Origin: Spirochaetia bacterium | GTDB lineage: Bacteria; Spirochaetota; Spirochaetia; SZUA-6; Bin103 | DNA length: 64,000 nucleotides | Direction: 5' to 3' | Assembly: GCA_965198005.1 (NCBI GenBank) | Contig: CBDAOI010000002.1 | Coordinates: 480,001 to 544,000 of the forward strand | Shown here: positions 58,001-64,000 of the stretch, piece after piece | Layout: each line of letters begins with the position of its first letter | Position numbering within the stretch: position 1 is the stretch's first letter | Position numbers and translations under genes: made by a program | Notes under the pieces: model-generated | Told to the model about the DNA's origin: nothing | The model's database searches: none | What the model saw: only the letters and a program-made list of their open reading frames with translations

Positions 58001-59439
58001 TCCAGCCGCTCCTGGTAGTACTCGGCGAGACGATAGATCTCCTGCCGGTCGAACGGGAAGTTGGGCGCCCGCTTGTACCCCAGCCCCTCGTACTCACGCA
58101 GGGTGAGCAGCGGCTGATCGAGCCGTCCCGCCTGCTTCTCCAGCAGACGCACGGCGGCCTCGAGCAGGAAGATCTGCTCGGCGCGGCGCGCCGGGTCTCC
58201 CTCACGCAGGCTGACCGCGAACTCCTGCAGGCTGGCGAAGGACGTCTTGCGCGCGCGTACGCTGTCGAGCCTGGCGCCCAGCTCCAGATTGTTCAGCCGG
58301 ATTACATACTCGGCCAGCTCGGCCCGGCCGCGCGGCGCAGTCTGCCCGGCGCCGAAGTGCCCTGCCAGCTCGGCGAACCGGCGCCGGCTCACCGGGGGCT
58401 TGGCGCCCTTGATGATGGAGCGGATCTCCTCCCAGACCAGCTCCACGTCGTAGCGGGCGGCCGCCGGGTGGTTGCGGAAGATGGCCCCGAACTCGGCCAA
58501 CCCCGCCGGCGGGTCCTGCCATGCCGGTCGCCCGGCACGGGTCATGATCTCCACCAGCAACTCCGCGAACGTGGCGAAGCGCACGGCCTCCGGAGCGTGC
58601 TCCAGGTCGGTGGCCTTTACCAGGCCGCGGTAGATGCGCTCGGAGAACCGCTTCAGGTGCGCGCTGCAGGTGAGAAACAGCGCCCGCTCCGAATTCGCGG
58701 CGGGAGCGGAAGCGGCGGGAGCGGTGCCGTAGCCGCCGGATACGGCGGCGGCCGCGAGCCGGCGCACGCGGTGGCGCAGCAGGAAGTACACCGCGACGGT
58801 GGTCTTGCCGCTGCCGGCGGTACCCGACAGCAGCAGCGGCGGTTCGCTGTGCAGCAGGCGCGCCTGCTCGGGGGTGAGGAACAGGTACAGCTCGACGTGG
58901 TCGCTGGCATGGGCCGCCTGCAGGCGCCGCCACTCCTCGTCATCCACCACCAGCCAGCGCTGCGGCCCGGCGTCGACCGGAGCGTCGGGGCCGGGAGCGG
59001 CGAGGGGCTGGTCCAGGGCCGGCGAGAAGTAGTCTTCGCCCAGGTCGCCGGCGTCCAGGTAGGGCAGCTCCTCGACGACATCCGGCTGGAAGTCGAGGAA
59101 CGGCGCGTTGGCGGGCACGATGCGCCGCTCGGCGGCGTCCACGTCGTCGTGCTTGACCACCCCCCACACGTAGATACGGGTGCGCCCGGAACCGTTCCCC
59201 CCGTTCCCGTCGGTGGGCGTGCCGAGCGTGAACAGGATCCGGTCGCCGCGGCTGAGGCGAGCCTCGAACACCGTGCGCGCGCTGCCCTTGAGCTTCTTGA
59301 CCCGCACGCCGGTTTCCCACAGGCCCTCCGTGAGGAACTCCAGCTTCTCGCGCAGGCGCCGCTTGGCGCCGCTGCCCAGCGACACCACGTGGGAGCGGAC
59401 CGTGTCATGGAGGAGGAGGGTATAAACTCGACGTTGCAT
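55009..59439 (-). CDS. Large SF1 (UvrD-like) helicase with N-terminal RelE-like domain and C-terminal TPR-like repeats
   Basis: GTAGSGKT, DEVQD, TGDPKQ, NFRS, TINEAKGLEFD, LYVAVTRAR. About 600 aa of A..Y/F..AG....AA helical repeats. N-terminal VKKLKG..FEARLSRGDRILF..VWGVVKHD. Confidence 0.85.
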   Translation of the reverse strand: MQRRVYTLLLHDTVRSHVVSLGSGAKRRLREKLEFLTEGLWETGVRVKKLKGSARTVFEARLSRGDRILFTLGTPTDGNGGNGSGRTRIYVWGVVKHDDVDAAERRIVPANAPFLDFQPDVVEELPYLDAGDLGEDYFSPALDQPLAAPGPDAPVDAGPQRWLVVDDEEWRRLQAAHASDHVELYLFLTPEQARLLHSEPPLLLSGTAGSGKTTVAVYFLLRHRVRRLAAAAVSGGYGTAPAASAPAANSERALFLTCSAHLKRFSERIYRGLVKATDLEHAPEAVRFATFAELLVEIMTRAGRPAWQDPPAGLAEFGAIFRNHPAAARYDVELVWEEIRSIIKGAKPPVSRRRFAELAGHFGAGQTAPRGRAELAEYVIRLNNLELGARLDSVRARKTSFASLQEFAVSLREGDPARRAEQIFLLEAAVRLLEKQAGRLDQPLLTLREYEGLGYKRAPNFPFDRQEIYRLAEYYQERLEATARYDEIDLTRVALQYLERHGDQFRYDLVVCDEVQDFTDMQLALLFRLATDPRRTVLTGDPKQIINPSGFRWEEVRARYYERGLQVPDVINLSINFRSVGNIVSLANSLLQLKRSLIGLASGEITEHWTFRGRPPLLVDGPAESDLLDRLRLGGAGQVVLVRTERERDRLRRTLRTELVFTINEAKGLEFDAVLLWRFSAAEGSPAIWRRIATDKVRGAADTPHIRHELSLLYVAVTRARNTLVIWDGEQVSPIWTIDTLAAHVYRSADAGAFGTLWQRVSTPAEWEAQGDYFADREHFSAAEECYRHAQAGVKEELARACRLEREGDHRGAAGLFARHGRVTRAAENLERAGAFREAARAWRRTGSEMRAVACEAKYYEAAGNFGAAAKRWQQLGVEEGILRNWERGREFEKLAQFHLERKASAQAARYLKLAGDHAAAAVQFRRAGLLRPAAEEFEQAGDHIRAGALYRRLGDGGALLRCLLNGGSYHDAGLEYEKMGDLERAADCFRRYAESSPEARRDLERRLAKISPKRPGMRAAVRMVALGQLAQAAPIYQRRGYPERAAHLFAEIGRHDAAAQCLAQCGRFREAARMAARDGGPDSVAAATGHLVDYLEDLRAGSGDRITELNRTAGRLLRAAEYERALAHYLALDQAAGGLYVDGVVTAYARLEQHASAIAYCLGHHCFVESDAYLDARPELALSLVEAESLMLATGGGVSLLCRFGDERTKEVLLRLLHGCVYRGTEPDRRERVSALLGGSLSHYFVYHWRLSPELSDLVIDLRHYSVIVPIMTRIQVSRPEPDGGHDYFVDRLTRAAAEDDDPALRLCTVLDDPAAFEAGLASLSVNESNVALFARSSRRYPDAVALLLEHDQWERAASICLDHRAHDRAGRIYEEAGELKEAARTFRDGKCYPDAIRCYEALGDEPGVARIYERQQRYDEALAVWQRLGRTRDVARVRKKMPRSTQLDLKPGKTIKIKPGETIKVKIRRKPKPK

Positions 59440-59576
59440 TTGATCGATCCCGTAGGCAGATCCCGTGCGCGTGACCGCCGCCATCCTACCATGCGGCCGC
59501 GCCCGCCTGCAGCACGCCGCCGCGCGACCAAGCCCTCCGTCGGCGGCGGCGAACGCTGCGTACGCTCGGTTACGGT

Positions 59577-62318
59577 TCAGCGCATATGCACGTACAGGTC
59601 GCTGAACTCCACCGGTCCGCCCAGGACGCGCAACGCTATCGTGTCGGCGCGCCACCGGGCAACCTCGGGAGATACCGCGACCTTGAACTGCTCGGCACCG
59701 TCAACCAGCACCGCGATCGATCCATCGCAGGACATCGGCTCCATCGTCTCGGGACAGTCGTCCGGGTTGTAGAGCGCCTCCAGCGTCAGCCCGGCGTCCA
59801 TCCGCGGCGCGATGTTCCTGCTGTTCAGCCACATCAGCCGATTGCCGTCGAGCGACTGGTAGAGCTGCACCTGCGTCATGTCGGTGTCGTAGAATCCCTG
59901 TTCCTGCGTAACCCACACCAGATAGGAGTACCCGAAGTTCCAGGTGTTGCCCGACCGCGGGGTCTCCGATGCGAGGAAGTGCAGGCCGTAGCCCGTGAGC
60001 GTGTCGCCGGCGGTCCGTCCGGTTACCCCGTACAGGGTCGCCACCGCCAGTTGCGCCACGTTCCCGAACGCGAGCTTCGCGTGACTCGCTTCCGGGTCGG
60101 TCTGGCTCACGGCCATGCCCGAGGTGGACCACGCCCCCTCGTCCGGCAACGCCTCGCCGCCGGCGAACCCGCGCACCGCGCGCGTGACGTCGGCGGAGCT
60201 CAGCAGCTCGTCGCGCAGCAACTCCGCGTGCGTCCTGACCCGGTGGCCGAGCTCCTCCCGGGTGATGTAGATCGACCCGTCCCGGTCGATGCGCAGGGAG
60301 AAGGCGTAGGCGGCGCCGTGAATCCCGACGTTGGAGATCACCAGCGTGTCGGCCGCGGCCACCTTGACCGCCGGGGCGGAGAGATCCATGGCCGGAATCC
60401 AGCCCGACCGGGCGTCGAATACCGCCTCGACCACGCCGGCGTTGCCGCCGATGTAGCGCAGCCGCGCCGAGAACTCCCGGCCGGCGTATCTGATCCCGGC
60501 AAGGTAGATGGAATCGGGTCCGGCAATCGACACGCGCGCCGCGTCGAGATCGAGCATGCTCAGGTCGAGCGCGGCCGGCATCATGACGGGCCGCCCCTTC
60601 ATGTCCTGCATCAGCATCGCCATCTCGGCGGCCGCCGCGGCTGCTTTCGCCGCTGCCATTTCCACCTCGGCGGCGGCCATGGCCGCCTTTTCGTTGGCCG
60701 CGGCGGCCGCCGCCTGGGCCTCCGCGACCTCGGCAACGGCCGCGGCCTGCACGTCGGCTACGTTGGCGTCAGCCATCGCCCGAGCGTCGGCCACCGCGGC
60801 ATCGGCCCCGGCGCGTGCCTCAGCCACCGCGGCAACGGCCTCCGCCTGGGCGCCGGCTACCTTGGCGTCAGCCATGGCCCGCGCGTCCGCTATCGCGGCA
60901 TCGACCTCGGCCTGGGCGCCGGCTACCTCGGAAGCAGCCATGGCCCTGGCGTCGGCCACCGCGGCATCGGCGTCGGCCCGCGCGTCCGCCACCGCGGCAT
61001 CGGCGTCGGCCTGCACGGCGGCCATCTGCTCCTCCACGCTCGGCGGCAGCGGCACGCGCTTGATGTCGACCACCTCCAGCCGGTTGTCGCCGGTATAACG
61101 GAGCCGCCCGGAGTAGCCCCGGCCGTTGACCTCGACCGGTGAGACTTCTATCAGGTCAGGCTCCACGAGCGCCAGCCCGGTGTCGGACAGGCCGACCGAA
61201 TCGGGAATCAGCTCCCCGCCGGGCCCGAATACCTGCTCGACCGTGGCCGTGGTGCCGCCGTCGTACCGCAACCGCGCGGAGTAGTTCTCGCCGTCGTACT
61301 CGATCGACGACACGTACACCGAATCCGGTCCGGCCAGCGACACCTGGGCCGCGTCCAGATTCAGCAGACTCGGGTCGATCCGGCCGGCGGCGGCCATCAT
61401 CAGGTCGGCTTTCGCCTTGGCTGCGGCCGCCTCCGCCTGCGCCGCGTCCGGCAGCTCATCGGCGGCCTCGGCCGCGGCCTTGGCTTCCATCACGGCGGCG
61501 TCGGCGGCAGCCGCTGCGTCCGCAATCGCCATGTCGGCGGCAGCTTGCGCCGCCTTGGCTTCCATCACGGCGGCGGCGGCGGCAGCCTGCGCGGCGGCCA
61601 CCTGCTCCGCCACGCCGGCCGGTAGCGCGACGCGCTGAATCCCCACCAGCTCCAGCCGGTTGCCGCCGGTAAAGCGGAGCTGCCCGGAGTAGCCCTGGCC
61701 GTCCAGCTCGACCAGGGAGACGTCCAGCAAGTCCGGCGCGATGAACGCCAGCTCGGTCTGTGCCAGACCGATCGACGAGGAAATCACTTCCCCGCCCGGC
61801 CCGAACACCTGCTGCACCGTGGCCGTGGTGCCGCCCTCGTACCGCAACAGCGCCGCGTAGGTGCTGCCGTCGTAGTCGATGGCAGACACGTAGATCAGGT
61901 CGAGCCCGGCGAGCCAGGCGCGCGCCCGGTCGACACTCAACCGGTTCGGGTCCAGCCGATCGAAAGCGAACATCATCTCCGCCGCCATCTTGTCGGCGGC
62001 CATCTGTTCCGCCATCTTCTCCGCTTCCATCTGTTCTTCCATAGCCGCTTCCATGGCCGCTTCCATGGCCTCGGCCTCGAACGCGGCCTGCGCCGCGGCG
62101 ACCTCCTCCAGCACCGTGGCCATCTGCAGTTCGAGCGCCGCTATTTCGTTCTCGAGCGCCGCTACTTCCTCCTCCCATGCGGCTACCCGGTCCACCGCGG
62201 GCGCCGGCTTGTCCATCGCCTCCGCGGGCGGTTCGGTTACTTCCGCCGGCTCCGGCGTAGCACAACCAAGCAAGATGGCAGCGACCAGCAAAACTACTCC
62301 GAGACTTGCTCTGTTCAT
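59577..62318 (-). CDS. Large putative lipoprotein with three copies of a beta-rich domain and Ala-rich coiled-coil spacers
   Basis: Lipobox-like LLGC. Repeated LAGPDS.YVS.I.YDG..YSA.LRY.GG units. GAGGAG RBS and ATGA overlap with the relA stop. Confidence 0.75.
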   Translation of the reverse strand: MNRASLGVVLLVAAILLGCATPEPAEVTEPPAEAMDKPAPAVDRVAAWEEEVAALENEIAALELQMATVLEEVAAAQAAFEAEAMEAAMEAAMEEQMEAEKMAEQMAADKMAAEMMFAFDRLDPNRLSVDRARAWLAGLDLIYVSAIDYDGSTYAALLRYEGGTTATVQQVFGPGGEVISSSIGLAQTELAFIAPDLLDVSLVELDGQGYSGQLRFTGGNRLELVGIQRVALPAGVAEQVAAAQAAAAAAVMEAKAAQAAADMAIADAAAAADAAVMEAKAAAEAADELPDAAQAEAAAAKAKADLMMAAAGRIDPSLLNLDAAQVSLAGPDSVYVSSIEYDGENYSARLRYDGGTTATVEQVFGPGGELIPDSVGLSDTGLALVEPDLIEVSPVEVNGRGYSGRLRYTGDNRLEVVDIKRVPLPPSVEEQMAAVQADADAAVADARADADAAVADARAMAASEVAGAQAEVDAAIADARAMADAKVAGAQAEAVAAVAEARAGADAAVADARAMADANVADVQAAAVAEVAEAQAAAAAANEKAAMAAAEVEMAAAKAAAAAAEMAMLMQDMKGRPVMMPAALDLSMLDLDAARVSIAGPDSIYLAGIRYAGREFSARLRYIGGNAGVVEAVFDARSGWIPAMDLSAPAVKVAAADTLVISNVGIHGAAYAFSLRIDRDGSIYITREELGHRVRTHAELLRDELLSSADVTRAVRGFAGGEALPDEGAWSTSGMAVSQTDPEASHAKLAFGNVAQLAVATLYGVTGRTAGDTLTGYGLHFLASETPRSGNTWNFGYSYLVWVTQEQGFYDTDMTQVQLYQSLDGNRLMWLNSRNIAPRMDAGLTLEALYNPDDCPETMEPMSCDGSIAVLVDGAEQFKVAVSPEVARWRADTIALRVLGGPVEFSDLYVHMR

Positions 62319-64000
62319 ATTTCCGTACTCCTCGTCCCGCTCCCGGCAGGCATCATTTTATGCGGTTCCCGTTGTAACGACTGGACCCCTTCAAGGCCCT
62401 TCAGGTGCTTGATCACGCGCCCGTAGTCACGCCGATTCCTTACTTCGACCGTGAAGCGTCCGGTGTACAACTCCTCGGCGTGCTCCTCCAGTCGTCCGGA
62501 GACCAACGTACCGCCGTCGCGTCGAATGATGCGCTCGATCTCCGAGAACAATCGCGCGTCGCGGCCGGCGGTTACCGTGAAGCTGTAGCTCAGCGGCGGC
62601 GCCGGCATCTCCCACGCCACCTCCACGCTCCGTTCGCTGAAGTCTGTAATGTTTCGCACGTTCGCACAACTGGCGCGGTGCACGGTGATGCCATGGCCGC
62701 GCGAGACGTAGCCCACGATCTCGTGATCGCTGGTGGGACGGCAACAGCGCGCCAGGCGAATCAACAGGCCGGCATCGTTGCCGCCGCGCAGGCCGACGCG
62801 CCGGGCCGGCTGATCGGCCGCGGGGCGGGCGCCGGCGGGGCGCGCCGGAGACTGCCGGCGGCGGGTGGGGGACGGTGCCGAGGCGGACGCCGCCGGCTGC
62901 GCCACGATGTTGCGCGCGATGATCAGGTCCGGGTTCTCCTGAGTCAGCCAGTGGCGGATATTGGAGCGGGCGCGCGAGGTCTTGACCGTACGCAGCCAGC
63001 CGACGTGCGGGCGGGCGCGGGCGCCGGTGATGATCTCGATCACCTGGGTGTTCCCGAGCTCGCCGCTGAGCGGAATGATCACGCCGTTCGCCTTTGCGGT
63101 CAGGCAGCGGTTCCCCACCTCGGTGTGGATGTGGTAGGCGAAGTCGATCGGCGTCGAGCCGCGCGGCAGCTCGATGATATCTCCCTTGGGAGTAAACACG
63201 TAGATCGAGTCCCGCAAGACCTCGCGCTTGATCTCCTCGAGGAACTCGGTGGACGCGGCGCGTGCGCCCTGCCAGTCGCGGAGCTGGTTGATGATCGACA
63301 GCTCGCTCCGCTCCGCCGGGCTGTCCCGCCCGCGCTGCCTGCGCATCACGACCGGCGCACGCTGTCCCGCCGCGCGCCGCGACTTGTACAGCCAGTGCGC
63401 GGCAATGCCGTTTTCCGCGGTTCCGTGCATCTCGTCCGTGCGAATCTGAACCTCGATCGTGGTGCCCCCCGAAGCCATCACCGTGGTATGCAGGCTCTGA
63501 TAATGGTTGGACTTCGGCATCGCGACGTAGTCCTTGAACCGGCCCTCGATCGGCGGCCACAGTTTGTGCACCAGCCCCAGCACCTCGTAGCACACGCCGG
63601 GAGTCGCACAGATCACGCGCAGTCCCAACAGATCGTGAATCTCGTCGGCCGAGTGGTCCCGATCCTTCATCTTGCGAAAGATCGAGTAGAAGTGCTTGGC
63701 CCGCCGTTCGACCCGCACCTCGAGGTTGCCGGCCTGCGCCGCTTCCATCAGCTCGGCCGCAATGCGGTGCAGCAGCGCGTCGCGCTCCGCCCGCGTCGCC
63801 GCCACGAATTCCTTGAGCTGTTCGTAGGCGCGCCGATGGAGGTACTTCATCGCCAGGTCTTCCAGTTCCGTACGAATCCGGTACAACCCGAGCCGTCCAG
63901 CCAGCGGACAGTAGATATCCATGCACTGGCGTGCGACCCGTTTGCGGTCCTCGGGGCTCAGGAACTCCAGCGTGCGCATGTTGTGCAGCTTGTCGGCCAG
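62315..64000 (-). CDS. relA: Long RelA/SpoT homolog, 5' part off window
   Basis: LADKLHNMRTL, ELEDL, RFKDY..YQSLHTT, EVQIRT, AAHWLYK, TGS (VFTPKG, DFAYHIH), ARCC.P, ACT-like tail. Confidence 0.95.
   Translation of the reverse strand: MADKLHNMRTLEFLSPEDRKRVARQCMDIYCPLAGRLGLYRIRTELEDLAMKYLHRRAYEQLKEFVAATRAERDALLHRIAAELMEAAQAGNLEVRVERRAKHFYSIFRKMKDRDHSADEIHDLLGLRVICATPGVCYEVLGLVHKLWPPIEGRFKDYVAMPKSNHYQSLHTTVMASGGTTIEVQIRTDEMHGTAENGIAAHWLYKSRRAAGQRAPVVMRRQRGRDSPAERSELSIINQLRDWQGARAASTEFLEEIKREVLRDSIYVFTPKGDIIELPRGSTPIDFAYHIHTEVGNRCLTAKANGVIIPLSGELGNTQVIEIITGARARPHVGWLRTVKTSRARSNIRHWLTQENPDLIIARNIVAQPAASASAPSPTRRRQSPARPAGARPAADQPARRVGLRGGNDAGLLIRLARCCRPTSDHEIVGYVSRGHGITVHRASCANVRNITDFSERSVEVAWEMPAPPLSYSFTVTAGRDARLFSEIERIIRRDGGTLVSGRLEEHAEELYTGRFTVEVRNRRDYGRVIKHLKGLEGVQSLQREPHKMMPAGSGTRSTEI

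Noticed and set aside
55975-59772. 1265 aa plus-strand ORF and other long antisense ORFs (e.g. 15393-17027, 59586-61142)
   Set aside because: Shadow frames of real genes in high-GC DNA, with no family motifs.
60690-61600. 33-bp periodic repeats as a CRISPR array or DGR
   Set aside because: Degenerate in-frame coding repeats without unique spacers. No cas or RT gene in the window.

Overview
High-GC bacterial chromosomal window. The SBP signal regions and gene content suggest an environmental or host-associated spirochaete-like organism, but this is an inference only. 1-15.3 kb is a heavily rearranged cluster of family-5 (Opp/Dpp-type) ABC transporter genes: 2 substrate-binding proteins, 2 intact B-type and 3 intact C-type permeases, several permease fragments and no ATPase. 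It is interleaved with intact and internally deleted toxin-antitoxin genes, a Uma2 nuclease, a group II intron relic and a G-quadruplex-type tract. 15.4-35.3 kb holds catabolic genes, an SPFH-SPFH-NfeD operon, an MFS transporter, a lexA-imuA-imuB cassette lacking dnaE2, a PQQ-type beta-propeller, an orphan mazF and a frameshifted flavin monooxygenase. 35.4-55 kb holds an FMN riboswitch with ribD-ribE/ribB(fusion)-ribH, a DtxR-family regulator, pyrF, hisD, two TA pairs, hemB, an amidohydrolase, valS, purN, a radical SAM gene and a divergent GNAT/SDR pair resembling bacterial ceramide synthase and reductase. 55-64 kb holds a ~1480 aa RelE-like/SF1-helicase/TPR protein resembling eukaryotic TRANK1 (top candidate for an undescribed system), a large repeat-domain lipoprotein and the 3' part of relA/spoT. 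No CRISPR array, tRNA or rRNA was seen. All family calls come from motif recognition by eye, not from database searches.
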